From Elusimicrobiota bacterium (GTDB lineage Bacteria; Elusimicrobiota; Elusimicrobia; Elusimicrobiales; UBA9959), in NCBI GenBank assembly GCA_026388155.1, contig JAPLKI010000006.1, forward strand, positions 68,401 to 132,400: DNA of 64,000 nucleotides, given 5' to 3'. Position 1 is the stretch's first letter, and each line of letters starts with the position of its first letter. Positions 47,684-57,005 of this stretch are shown here, piece after piece. A program made the position numbers and the translations under genes. A model generated the notes under the pieces. It was not told where the DNA came from, searched no databases, and saw only the letters and a program-made list of their open reading frames with translations.

Positions 47684-48820
47684 TCAGAGATTTTCCGGGT
47701 AGACAGCCTCAAAAACCGTGCCCCCGGGACCGGAAGAACAGGAAACGCTGCCTTTCAGGTATTTCTCGGTAAGAAGCCTTATGCTGTAGGTGCCAAGGCC
47801 GCGCCCCACCCCTTTGGTGGAGAAGGATTTTTGGAATATCTGCAGCCTTGTGCTCTCGCTCATGGGAGTGGGATTACTCACCGAAAAAGCTATTCCCGCA
47901 GGCGTTTGGCGGCATGAAACTTTTATCTCCGCCCCGGCCCTTTCGGCTTCCACTGCGTTCTTTACCATGTTGCCGATGACCCTTGAGAGAAGAACGCCGT
48001 CGGTTTTCAGAGACAGGTCCTGTGAATCGGGGGTTATCGTGATCTTACGCCCTTTTGCCGCCTCGTGGCCGGAAAAGACGTCCGCTATCTCTTTAATGAG
48101 TTCCAGCGCCCTGACTTCGGCCGCCTGCGGGTTTAGTTCTCCCCTCTCGGCGGCGGCCAGGTCCCTCTGGGACAGGATCTGCTCTACCAGCCGCCTGGCG
48201 GCGTCATGAGCCGTCGGCACATAGGTAATTATCTTCTCAGGACCGAGCATCAGCATAAGCTCCGTAAGCCCGCTTAAGCTTCCCGCGGTGTTAAGAACGT
48301 CATGGAAGAAAATGTGTTCAAGCGCGGTCCTGCGCTTTTCATGGCTTATGTCCACAAAGGAAAATATAATGTGGTCCTGGTTCTCCTGTTTGAACGGCTG
48401 GCTTTTGACCAGCAGGTTGAGGTCGTCGCCTCCGGCTTTAGTGATGATCCTGCACTCTTCCACCGACTCGGTCCCCGCAAGGGCGGCGGCCAATGCTTTG
48501 GCCGCGCCGCATTCACGGCAGAACTTCGTGGTTCCGCAGCCGCCCGGGGTCTCCGCGGAATGTTTACATCCCATTATCTCGCCCGGACGAAACCCGATAA
48601 TCTCTTTTTTTACATCTTTTCCGCTGTTGAAATCGCGGAACGCTTTATTGACAAAAACCGCCTGCCTGTGTCTGTTAAGTATCAGAACAAAACCGATTAT
48701 GGCGTCAAGAAGCTCCGCAAGCAGCGGGATATGATTGATAAATTCCCGCTGGCGCGCGACTTCATCCGCATCGGCTCTCTCCGCGGGCAAAAACTCAGTA
48801 TGCATTTTCGCGTCGGACAT
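47684..48820 (-). CDS. cytoplasmic sensor histidine kinase with Cys-x10-Cys-x6-Cys-x2-Cys cluster
   Basis: H-box FFHDVLN, HATPase_c (N, G1, G2 blocks); GCKHSAETPGGCGTTKFCRECG in N-terminal sensor region; no TM. Confidence 0.75.
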   Translation of the reverse strand: MSDAKMHTEFLPAERADADEVARQREFINHIPLLAELLDAIIGFVLILNRHRQAVFVNKAFRDFNSGKDVKKEIIGFRPGEIMGCKHSAETPGGCGTTKFCRECGAAKALAAALAGTESVEECRIITKAGGDDLNLLVKSQPFKQENQDHIIFSFVDISHEKRRTALEHIFFHDVLNTAGSLSGLTELMLMLGPEKIITYVPTAHDAARRLVEQILSQRDLAAAERGELNPQAAEVRALELIKEIADVFSGHEAAKGRKITITPDSQDLSLKTDGVLLSRVIGNMVKNAVEAERAGAEIKVSCRQTPAGIAFSVSNPTPMSESTRLQIFQKSFSTKGVGRGLGTYSIRLLTEKYLKGSVSCSSGPGGTVFEAVYPENL

Positions 48821-48834
48821 TCAGCCTCCCTTTG

Positions 48835-48870
48835 CCCCGCACTTTGGCCGCTTCGGAAAAAGTGCGGGGG
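48835..48870 (-). promoter_or_regulatory. Family-B hairpin copy B5 fused to SD of histidine kinase gene
   Basis: minus-strand reading: cccccgcactttttccgaagcggccaaagtgcggggcaaagggaggctgaATG. Confidence 0.5.
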
Positions 48871-50610
48871 TTACTTCACTTTCCCGAACCGCCTCAGGGC
48901 GGCGTTAACCCTGGCCACTACGATGTTCTGCTTGAAAGGCTTGGTGATATAGTCGTCGGCCCCGAGCTGCAGGGCAAGTTCCTGGCTTTCGTCGGAGGTT
49001 TCAGTGGTCAGTATTATTATCGGCATATCGGTGATGCCGAGGCCCTGCCTTATGCCTTTTATAAGGTCCAGCCCGTTCATGTGCGGCATGTTGATATCGG
49101 AAATCAGCAGGTCGGGGGATTGCGCCGCTATAGAGGTAAGCGCCTCTTCCCCGTCCACGGCTTCTTTCACTTCATAGCCCTGCGCCTCCAGGGCTTTCCG
49201 CAGCAACAGGCGAATGATCGGTATGTCGTCCACCACCATCACGCTCATCGGCCCGCCCGCAGCCGGGCCCGGGCTCCGGGCCTGCGCGTCGGCCTCGGCC
49301 TCCGTCTGAAGGACAGGCGCAGTGGCTGGGGCAGGGGCGGCCTCAGCCGGTTTTTTGTCCAGGAGCAGGTACGGACTTATCTCGCCAAGCGAAGTAACGC
49401 CTTCTGCAAGATGCCAGAGCGCGTCACGGGTCATAGTCCGGAGGTTACCTGAGTCCAGCGCGATGCGGGTTATTTCCGCACCTTGAGCGCCGGAATTTAT
49501 AACGGTCTTTATGGCGTCAGTGATAAGAAGCAGCTCAACAATGGAGGTGCGGCCGGCATGCCCCTCGTTACCGCATTCTTTGCAGCCCTTTGAAACATAA
49601 TACTTTTCCGGATAGCCATGCTCGCGGAGGGCCGCCAGGATGGCCGGGTCCGACAGGTCCCGCGGAACTTCCGCTTTGCAAGCCGGACAGAGCTTTCTGA
49701 CCAGCCGCTGGGCCGTGATCGCCAGCAACCCGGGGGAGATTTTAAAGCGCTCGACCCCCATATCCACCAGGCGGGAAATAGTGGAAACCGTGTCATTGGT
49801 GTGCAGAGTGGAAAACACCAAGTGCCCCGTCATGGCGGCCTGGAACGCGATATCCGCCGTTTCATGGTCGCGTATTTCGCCCACCATTATGATGTCGGGG
49901 TCCTGCCTTAGCACCGAGCGGAGCACGGCCGCGAAATTAAGCCCCTGCTTCTCGTTGACCTGCACCTGGTTTATGCCTTGAAGCTTATACTCTATGGGGT
50001 CTTCCACGGTGGTTATGTTGGTGCCTTCGCTCCTGCATTTGTTCAGCACCGAGTAAAGCGTGGTCGTCTTGCCTGAGCCGGTAGGTCCCGTGACAAGAAT
50101 TATGCCCTGAGGGGCCTCTATGCATTTTTCAAAGGCCCGCGAAATCTCGGCCGCGAAGCCGAGTTTTTCAAAAGGGACCTCGGCCGCCCGCTGGTCCAGT
50201 ATGCGCATTACCACTTTTTCCCCGTACGAGGTGGGCAGGGTGGAAACCCGCAGGCCCACTTCCACGCCGGATATTTTGAGCTTTGCCCTGCCGTCCTGCG
50301 GCCGCATGTGGTTTGAGATGTCCAGTTCGGCCATTATCTTTATGCGGGCGACCAGCGGCCCGGCCGCTATGTGCTTGGGGATGGACATGATATTTTTCAG
50401 CACGCCGTCTATCCTCACGCGCACGTGGCTGATCTTCTCTTCGTGCTCTATGTGTATGTCGGAGGATTTCTGCCTGTGTGCCTGCGAAATTATGGAGTTG
50501 ACCAGCATTATAACCGGGGTGCCTACCTTGCTGTCTTCTTCCGCGGCGGCTTCCCCCAGCACTTCTATCTCTTCCGGGGCTTCCACTTTAGCCAGCAGTT
50601 CGGCTATCAC
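48871..50610 (-). CDS. GspE/PilB-family secretion ATPase (N2+CTD) fused to C-terminal CheY-like receiver domain; GTG start
   Basis: Walker A LVTGPTGSGKTT, Asp box DPIEY, Walker B, His box GHLVFSTLHTND, CPAC…CKEC zinc motif; C-terminal MSVMVVDDIPIIR…DLLISDINMPHMNGL…TKPF. Confidence 0.85.
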   Translation of the reverse strand: MIAELLAKVEAPEEIEVLGEAAAEEDSKVGTPVIMLVNSIISQAHRQKSSDIHIEHEEKISHVRVRIDGVLKNIMSIPKHIAAGPLVARIKIMAELDISNHMRPQDGRAKLKISGVEVGLRVSTLPTSYGEKVVMRILDQRAAEVPFEKLGFAAEISRAFEKCIEAPQGIILVTGPTGSGKTTTLYSVLNKCRSEGTNITTVEDPIEYKLQGINQVQVNEKQGLNFAAVLRSVLRQDPDIIMVGEIRDHETADIAFQAAMTGHLVFSTLHTNDTVSTISRLVDMGVERFKISPGLLAITAQRLVRKLCPACKAEVPRDLSDPAILAALREHGYPEKYYVSKGCKECGNEGHAGRTSIVELLLITDAIKTVINSGAQGAEITRIALDSGNLRTMTRDALWHLAEGVTSLGEISPYLLLDKKPAEAAPAPATAPVLQTEAEADAQARSPGPAAGGPMSVMVVDDIPIIRLLLRKALEAQGYEVKEAVDGEEALTSIAAQSPDLLISDINMPHMNGLDLIKGIRQGLGITDMPIIILTTETSDESQELALQLGADDYITKPFKQNIVVARVNAALRRFGKVK

Positions 50611-50616
50611 CTTGTC

Positions 50617-51084
50617 CTAGTTAAACAGCTCCTCCATGCAGCTTTCTATATCGCGGGGCAGAGCGTATAGCGGCACGGCGGCGCGGGCGGTCAGCGCCTG
50701 GATGTCGGACAAAGCGTCCAGATTAAGCGGGTCGGCCGTCGCTATCTGTATTTCATCGTCCGAGGCGGCCACGGGCAGGACCAGGTACTTGCGGCAAAGC
50801 CTTTCCGAAAGAATTGTCAGCCCGAACTTATCCACTTTTTCCGGAGTTATTTTGACGCTCTTCACGCGGTAAACGGCCAGTACCGCCTGGGCAAGCTGCT
50901 CCGGAAAAACGGCCTTATCATCAATAAGGGCCTGGGACAGCAAAGGCCGCTGCTCGGAGCGCAGTTTAAGCACCAGGGCCGGGCTGACGACGGGTATTGT
51001 CGCCACGGCTTTCAGCAGCCATTCATCTTTGAAGCGCCATGTTTTTTCCATATTCAAATCTCCCCGCGCTGAAATTATTTTCAA
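50617..51084 (-). CDS. GspE N-terminal (T2SSE_N/MshEN-type) domain protein, separated from ATPase by single in-frame TAG
   Basis: …YLVLPVAASDDEIQIATADPLNLDALSDIQALTARAAVPLYALPRDIESCMEELFN*; same frame as downstream ATPase ORF. Confidence 0.75.
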   Translation of the reverse strand: MKIISARGDLNMEKTWRFKDEWLLKAVATIPVVSPALVLKLRSEQRPLLSQALIDDKAVFPEQLAQAVLAVYRVKSVKITPEKVDKFGLTILSERLCRKYLVLPVAASDDEIQIATADPLNLDALSDIQALTARAAVPLYALPRDIESCMEELFN

Positions 51085-51093
51085 GACACTACA

Positions 51094-51450
51094 CTAGTAC
51101 AGGCCCTTCTGCCGGAGTTCGGCGTCGGTAATTCCGAAGTGATGGGCTGTTTCGTGCATTACCACGTTGCGTATTTCAGCCTTGATATCCCGCCCGTCCA
51201 GGCAGGCGGCCTCGATGTTATCCTTGAAAAGCGTTATTTTATCCGGCATGGCTCCGCTGTAAAAACGCCCCCTGTCCGGCAGCGGAACGCCCTCGTAAAG
51301 CCCCAAAAGTTTCCCGCTGAATTTTCCCGCCTGCGCCGCGCCCGGCCGGGCGCGGACAGTGATAACGACATTTACCATCCGCTCCTTAAAAAAAGCGGGC
51401 AATGCCCTTACGGCGACCGCCACTGCCCTCTCAAATTCATCAATGGTCAT
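51094..51450 (-). CDS. small zincin-like metallopeptidase (HExxH)
   Basis: 118 aa, MHETAHHFGITDAEL. Confidence 0.55.
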   Translation of the reverse strand: MTIDEFERAVAVAVRALPAFFKERMVNVVITVRARPGAAQAGKFSGKLLGLYEGVPLPDRGRFYSGAMPDKITLFKDNIEAACLDGRDIKAEIRNVVMHETAHHFGITDAELRQKGLY

Positions 51451-51611
51451 AATCAGCCGCCATAAGCCATATGCTTTAGGCCATAAGTTATAAGAAACTC
51501 CTTAAAAGCCTATGGCTTAAGGCATATCGCCTACGGCCTGTTTTAAGCGTATGGCGTATGGCAAAAGCCGTATCTAAAACTTATAGCTTATGGCATATCA
51601 AAATCGCACAG
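51451..51611. repeat. dense array of TATGGC/GCCATA-type words (>=9 copies)
   Basis: gccataagccatatgc…ggccataag…cctatggc…gcgtatggcgtatggc…cttatagcttatggc. Confidence 0.5.
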
Positions 51612-52040
51612 CTATTTTGATATAAAATATATTCCGCCGGAGATGAGCAGCGTGCCCATCAGCTTGTTCAGGGTAAAATTTTCTCCGAGGAAAAACATGG
51701 CCAGCGCGAATGTTATAAACGGGTAGGTGGAACTTAAAGGCACTATTTTTGAGGCTTCGCCGCCGCTCATGGCTTTGAGATAAAAAAAGACCCCGCCCAT
51801 CGTCACTACCACGCTTGAGAGGATATAGACAGAAGCCAGCTTATTGGAATTCAAAAGCGCGTACCTGGCCGGGATATATTTCCACGCGAGGAAGGGAATG
51901 AAAAGGATCAGCATGAAGAGCGTTCTGATATAAAAAGCTCCGGAAGCGTCCACATATCTCAGCGTCATTTTGTCCAAAAAAGCGCCCGAGCCCCAGGCGA
52001 TTATTGCAAGCACAAGGAATATTATCGTGGATAGTTCCAT
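51612..52040 (-). CDS. small EamA/DMT-family membrane protein (ArnE/ArnF-like size)
   Basis: 142 aa, 4 TM helices. Confidence 0.5.
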   Translation of the reverse strand: MELSTIIFLVLAIIAWGSGAFLDKMTLRYVDASGAFYIRTLFMLILFIPFLAWKYIPARYALLNSNKLASVYILSSVVVTMGGVFFYLKAMSGGEASKIVPLSSTYPFITFALAMFFLGENFTLNKLMGTLLISGGIYFISK

Positions 52041-52195
52041 AAGTGGCAGTCACAAGTCACAGGAACACAGGAGCACAAGTAAGAAGCCGGGAAGAAAGAA
52101 CAGAATATAAAGTTTTTTAAAAGCTATTACTTTTGCTCTTGTTTGTTTTCACGCTTGTGACCTGTGCTCCTGTGTTCTTGTGCTCTTGTAACTTG
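52041..52195. repeat. long imperfect palindrome of CACAAG/CACAGG words
   Basis: cacaagtcacaggaacacaggagcacaagtaag … cttgtgacctgtgctcctgtgttcttgtgctcttgt. Confidence 0.5.
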
Positions 52196-53389
52196 TTACG
52201 GCGGCGGAAGCGTGCCGGGCAGTTCCGCCTCGGTGAAAGGTTTTTTAAGATAGTTGCCTATAGACTCGGCAAATCCCCAGTCGTCTTTATACGCCTTGGC
52301 CTCTTTGTAAAATTCAACGGCTTTGGCGCGCTCGCCTTTGAGGTCGTAAACATTGCCAAGGCGCACTATGGACCACACGGCCCACCGCGCCGGATGCACC
52401 GACGGATCGTCTTTAATGGTGGCGGCGGCTTTGGCAAAGTATTCCCCGGCCACAGCGTAATTTTTCTCCGCCAGGTAGGTGGTGCCGATGGCGGTAAGAA
52501 TGCGCGGCAGGTAGCGCTTGCGGTATCTGGGGCGGCCTTCGTTTATCGCCTTCAGATAATCAAGCGATAGTTCGCGCGATTCTTCGTACTTTTTATCCTC
52601 AAAAAGCGAAACTATTTCAATGAACTGCATCTGCGGTATCGCCGGGTAGAGGGTTAACAGTTCGCGCGACCACTTGACAGCCGTTTCAGGATTGGAAAAC
52701 TTGCTGCCGGTCTGCGTATAAATCTCTATAAGCAGCAGCTTCGCGCCCAGCGCGTTGAAATATCCTTTTTCCCTGCACAGATTCAGGTATTCTATGCCTT
52801 TATTGGCGTCGCCGCTTAAAAAAAGTTTGGCCAGCAGCTTTATGACGCCGGGGAGCGTTCCGGCGTAGTATTCATACATCCCAAGCCCCAGGTAGGCGTC
52901 GTAAAGTTCGGGGTCTGTCTTAAGGGCCTTACGGGTATGCGCAAGCGCTTTCTTACCGTCAAAATACGCGGCAAACCAGCGATGCTGCAGCACAGCCAGG
53001 CGGGCCCGCAGGCCGTACATGCCGCCAACGCATAAATGCGCGTTGCCGTCGCCCGGATGTTTTTTAAGCCACTGACGCCCGACCTCTATGGCATGGTCGG
53101 TCATTTCCGAATATTCCTTATCAAGCTTGGGGTCCGATTCGTCTTCAAGGTACTCAAGCGAGGCCCATTTGGTTATGGCCACGCCGAAATGGGGGAACGG
53201 GTTATCCGGAAACTTTTTCAGCGCTTCTTCAAAATTAGCGCGCGCGGTTTCAATGTCCACCTCGTAAATGGCGTCCAACCCTTTTTTTGAAAGCTCCCGC
53301 AGCTCAGGCGCCATGGACTCGGAAACATCCCGGGCGGCAAAAGCGCCTGAACTTAAAAACAGCAGCGGAATAATTGACAGTCTTTTCAT
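52196..53389 (-). CDS. exported TPR-repeat protein
   Basis: signal peptide; multiple TPR-like helix pairs; overlaps serS stop. Confidence 0.55.
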   Translation of the reverse strand: MKRLSIIPLLFLSSGAFAARDVSESMAPELRELSKKGLDAIYEVDIETARANFEEALKKFPDNPFPHFGVAITKWASLEYLEDESDPKLDKEYSEMTDHAIEVGRQWLKKHPGDGNAHLCVGGMYGLRARLAVLQHRWFAAYFDGKKALAHTRKALKTDPELYDAYLGLGMYEYYAGTLPGVIKLLAKLFLSGDANKGIEYLNLCREKGYFNALGAKLLLIEIYTQTGSKFSNPETAVKWSRELLTLYPAIPQMQFIEIVSLFEDKKYEESRELSLDYLKAINEGRPRYRKRYLPRILTAIGTTYLAEKNYAVAGEYFAKAAATIKDDPSVHPARWAVWSIVRLGNVYDLKGERAKAVEFYKEAKAYKDDWGFAESIGNYLKKPFTEAELPGTLPPP

Positions 53390-54669
53390 AAGGTTTCACA
53401 GCACATGTATTTGCGCAGCGCCTCCGGCACGGCAACGGAGCCGTCTTCCCGCTGGTAATTTTCAAGTATGGCCGCGAAAGTGCGGCCCACGGCCAGGCCC
53501 GAGCCGTTGAGCGTATGAACAAATTCCGTTTTACCGGCGCCCGCGCGCTTAAAACGGATGTTTATACGCCGCGCCTGGAAATCCAGGCAGTTGGAACAGG
53601 AGGAAATTTCCCTGAAACGGTTTTCGCCCGGCATCCAGACTTCAAGGTCGTAGGTTTTAGCCGAGGAAAAGCCCATATCGCCGGTACATAGTTCCAGAAC
53701 GCGGTAAGGGATCTTAAGGAGTTTAAGTATTTTTTCGGCGTCGGAGCGGAGGCTCAGCAGGGCCGCCATGGACTCTTCGGGTTTTGTCAGCCACACCAGC
53801 TCCACTTTGTTGAACTGGTGGTTGCGTATAAGCCCCCGGGTGTCCTTGCCGTAGGAACCCGCCTCCTGCCTGAAACAGGCGCTGTAGGCGGCAAAGCGCT
53901 TAGGCAGATCTTCTTCTTTAAGGATGTCTCCCCTGTGCATGTTGGTAAGCGGGACCTCCGCCGTGGGGATAAGATACATCGGCGGCTCGGAAGCTGTTTT
54001 ATAAAGTTCCTCTTCAAACTTGGGCAACTGGCCGGTGCCGGTCATGGTTTGCGCGTTCACAAGGAAAGGCGGGAAAATTTCGGTATAACCGTGCTCAAGG
54101 GTGTGGACATCAAGCATCAGCGAAATGATGGCGCGCTCAAGGCGGGCGCCCGCGCCTTTCAGGAGGGCGAAGCGCGCGCCCGAAAGCCTGGTGGCGGTTT
54201 CAAAATCGAGTATTCCCAGTTTCTCTCCGATGGCGTGATGGTCAAGCGGCTTGAAAGAGAACTCGCGCCGGTTTGACGCGTCCGCGAACACTTCTTTATT
54301 GTCTTCAGGGCCCGCGCCCCTGACCACGCTTTCATGAGGGAGGTTCGGCACGCCTAAAAGCAGGGTATTCAGCTCTTGTTCAAGGAAGGAGAGCCGGTCC
54401 TCCCTTTCTTTTATGGCCGCTTTAACAGTGTTGGCCTCGGCCATCGCGAGCGCGACTTCAGCCTCGTTTTTGGCGAGTTTAAACACCTGTATTTTTTTTG
54501 AAACCTCGTTGCGCTTTGAGCGCAGGTCCTCGGTTTCGGCGAGCAGGCCGCGCCACAGGGCGTCGGTTTCAAGAACCTTCTCAAGCGCCGGAAGGTAACG
54601 CCCGCCCCTGTCTTTGAGGGCGGCCCTGGCGGATCCGGGATTGGAACGCAGAAATTTAAGGTCAAGCAT
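53386..54669 (-). CDS. serS: seryl-tRNA synthetase
   Basis: N-terminal coiled coil, class II motifs; 427 aa. Confidence 0.95.
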   Translation of the reverse strand: MLDLKFLRSNPGSARAALKDRGGRYLPALEKVLETDALWRGLLAETEDLRSKRNEVSKKIQVFKLAKNEAEVALAMAEANTVKAAIKEREDRLSFLEQELNTLLLGVPNLPHESVVRGAGPEDNKEVFADASNRREFSFKPLDHHAIGEKLGILDFETATRLSGARFALLKGAGARLERAIISLMLDVHTLEHGYTEIFPPFLVNAQTMTGTGQLPKFEEELYKTASEPPMYLIPTAEVPLTNMHRGDILKEEDLPKRFAAYSACFRQEAGSYGKDTRGLIRNHQFNKVELVWLTKPEESMAALLSLRSDAEKILKLLKIPYRVLELCTGDMGFSSAKTYDLEVWMPGENRFREISSCSNCLDFQARRINIRFKRAGAGKTEFVHTLNGSGLAVGRTFAAILENYQREDGSVAVPEALRKYMCCETL

Positions 54670-54758
54670 AAGAACTACAGCGAATAGTAACTAGCGAATG
54701 GCGAACAGTGGTGGTAATACGGATATTAATGTCTTTTCTGTTTTTCCTTTCCTGTTCG

Positions 54759-55283
54759 CTATTTATCCGTTACCGGGAGAACAGACTCTTGCGTTATGCC
54801 GGGGAGTTCCACCCCATAACGGGGATCGACCGTTACTTCCAGCTTCAGGGCGTCAAACCAAAAGCCCGTACCGGCCAGTTTTTTTATCTGTTCGTTCAGT
54901 CCAAAGCGCTCGGCGCGCACCTGCTTTGACTCTCCGGCTCCCGCTTTGGCGAGACGCAGTTCTTCCACGCGGAAAGGCACGTTCCAAACCCCGTTTTCCG
55001 GGCTGTCTCCGTCTTTGATCAGGCGAAGGCGCAGGGCATAGCGCAGTACAATGCCCTCCACCGCGGACGCGGATGAATTGTGCACGGTAAAGATAGCGCG
55101 CAGCTTGTCCGTCAGTTTCTGGTGCGCCGTAAGCTTCAGCCCGGCTACCGGCATGAACGGCGTCCAGGTTTTGGCGCGCGGAGATGAAGACTCCCAGGAT
55201 ACCGCCGTCACCCGCACCTGCGCGGACGCGGCCGCGGAGAATAACAGAAAAAAAATCGCGAAAGGAATTGTTTTTTTTATCAT
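54759..55283 (-). CDS. secreted hypothetical protein
   Basis: signal peptide MIKKTIPFAIFFLLFSAAASAQV. Confidence 0.4.
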   Translation of the reverse strand: MIKKTIPFAIFFLLFSAAASAQVRVTAVSWESSSPRAKTWTPFMPVAGLKLTAHQKLTDKLRAIFTVHNSSASAVEGIVLRYALRLRLIKDGDSPENGVWNVPFRVEELRLAKAGAGESKQVRAERFGLNEQIKKLAGTGFWFDALKLEVTVDPRYGVELPGITQESVLPVTDK

Positions 55284-55879
55284 ATTTTATTATCGCCGAT
55301 GGAGCACTTTTTAAGCTCTTCCTCAAGTTTTTCCGGGATAATGCCTACAACTTCGGCCCGGGTGACAAGCTGGCCGCATTGCAGGCCAAGCATGATCGAA
55401 ATAAGACTGTACTTCGGTCCTTTACCCAGACCGGCCGCAAGCGACTCAAGCAAAAACCGCTGCGAGCCCTTAAGGGACTTCACCCCGGACGGGATAAAGC
55501 TTCGTTCTAAAGCGTTGGAAAGCGAACCCGTAAACGCATTGAGTATGATGTTTCCAAGTTCCGAAAGCAGCAGATCTTCCGCCTGGTTAATATCGACCAG
55601 GCGCGGAAAATCGTAATCGGGGAAACACATTGAGATATGCTTTCTATCCGCGGACCGGAAAATCAGCATGGCGGCAAAAGGGTGGTCTTCGGAAACTTCA
55701 AAATAGACGGCCGTCCCTCCCTCTCCCGCGCGGCGATCAAGCGCTAGTTCGCTTAAAGCGCCGCGTGACACGCTCATATCCGCCAGGCTCCAGCGGCCGG
55801 TGGAGGCTTTTGAGAGGCTGCTCAGGCATTTTTCAAGGCCCGCGGCTGCGATGGTTTCAAGGGCGCTGTCAGGGTTCAT
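55280..55879 (-). CDS. CheC/CheX-family phosphatase-like protein (copy 1)
   Basis: LSELGNIILNAF (ExGN-type motif); 199 aa; 65-70% identical to 56334..56942. Confidence 0.5.
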   Translation of the reverse strand: MNPDSALETIAAAGLEKCLSSLSKASTGRWSLADMSVSRGALSELALDRRAGEGGTAVYFEVSEDHPFAAMLIFRSADRKHISMCFPDYDFPRLVDINQAEDLLLSELGNIILNAFTGSLSNALERSFIPSGVKSLKGSQRFLLESLAAGLGKGPKYSLISIMLGLQCGQLVTRAEVVGIIPEKLEEELKKCSIGDNKI

Positions 55880-55942
55880 GGTAGTGTTTCCGGCTCCGCC
55901 TCAGCCGCGGACTACGCCAGAGGCCCGCGGCAGGCCAGTGTC

Positions 55943-56296
55943 TCAGGCGATGGCTTTCAATAGATCCTTAAACTCTTCAAAAGAGAAAGGTTTGCGCATT
56001 ATGGCGTCAGCTCCCTTGCCGGAAAGCTGCCGGTCTATTTCCTCCTGCTCCACGGCGGTAATAATGACTATTTTGGGCTTCGGGTCGATCTTGCGCAATT
56101 CCTCAAGTATCTCCACCCCGGACTTGCCCGGCAGAATGAGGTCTAAAAACACCACGTCCGGTTTCGACTCCATGAAACAGCTCACCGCTTCCGCGAAATC
56201 CCCGGCTTCGCCGACCACCTTGTGGCCCAGCCTTTTCAGCAGGGATTTAATGGTATAGCGCGTAAGCACATTGTCTTCAACTATCAACACTTTCAT
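55943..56296 (-). CDS. CheY-like single-domain response regulator (copy 1)
   Basis: ED at 8-9, FLDLILPG (Asp52), T, K motifs. Confidence 0.85.
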   Translation of the reverse strand: MKVLIVEDNVLTRYTIKSLLKRLGHKVVGEAGDFAEAVSCFMESKPDVVFLDLILPGKSGVEILEELRKIDPKPKIVIITAVEQEEIDRQLSGKGADAIMRKPFSFEEFKDLLKAIA

Positions 56297-56333
56297 AACA
56301 AGCCCCCCTTGTTAAATGAGTTTTTCGTCACAC

Positions 56334-56942
56334 TTACCGCAAATCCCCTGAAAATTTTCCGCCGGAAGCTTTTTCAAGCTCTTCCTCAAGTTTTTTCGGG
56401 ATAATGCCTATAACTTCGGCCTGGGTGACAAGATGGCCGCATTGCAGGTCGAGCATAATTGAAATAAGGCTGTATTTCTGCTCTTTATCAAGGCCGGCTA
56501 AAAGGGACTCGAGCAAAAATTGCGGCTTGCCCGTCAGGCACTTCGGCTCGGACGGGACAAAGCTTAGTTTTAAAGCGTTGGAAAGCGAGCCCATGAACGC
56601 ATTGAGTATGATGTTTCCAAGTTCCGAAAGCAGCAGTTCATGCGCATGGTCTATATCGGCCATACGGGGGAAAGCGAAACCAAGGAAACACTTTGAGATG
56701 AGCTCTATATCAGCGGACTGAAAAATTATCATGACGGTGAAAGGATGGGCTCCGGAAATTTCAAAATATACGGCCGTCCCGCCCTTTCCCGCGCGGCGCT
56801 CAAGCGCTATTTCGCTTAAAGCGCTGCGGGATACGCTCACATCCGCCAGGCTCCAGCGGCCGGCGGATACTTTTGAGAGCTTTCCCACGCACTTTTCAAG
56901 GCCCGCGACTGCGATGGTTTCAAGGATGCTGTTAGAGTTCAT
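56334..56942 (-). CDS. CheC/CheX-family phosphatase-like protein (copy 2)
   Basis: LSELGNIILNAF motif; paralog of 55280..55879. Confidence 0.5.
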   Translation of the reverse strand: MNSNSILETIAVAGLEKCVGKLSKVSAGRWSLADVSVSRSALSEIALERRAGKGGTAVYFEISGAHPFTVMIIFQSADIELISKCFLGFAFPRMADIDHAHELLLSELGNIILNAFMGSLSNALKLSFVPSEPKCLTGKPQFLLESLLAGLDKEQKYSLISIMLDLQCGHLVTQAEVIGIIPKKLEEELEKASGGKFSGDLR

Positions 56943-57005
56943 GATAGTGTACCCGGCGCCGCCTCAGCCGCGAACTACGCCAGAGGCCCGCGGCAGGCCA
57001 GTGTC

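Noticed and set aside
50617-50619. Alternative genetic code with TAG as sense codon, explaining the in-frame TAG in GspE
   Set aside because: sucC (37171..38331) terminates on TAG with correct protein length, so TAG functions as a stop here.
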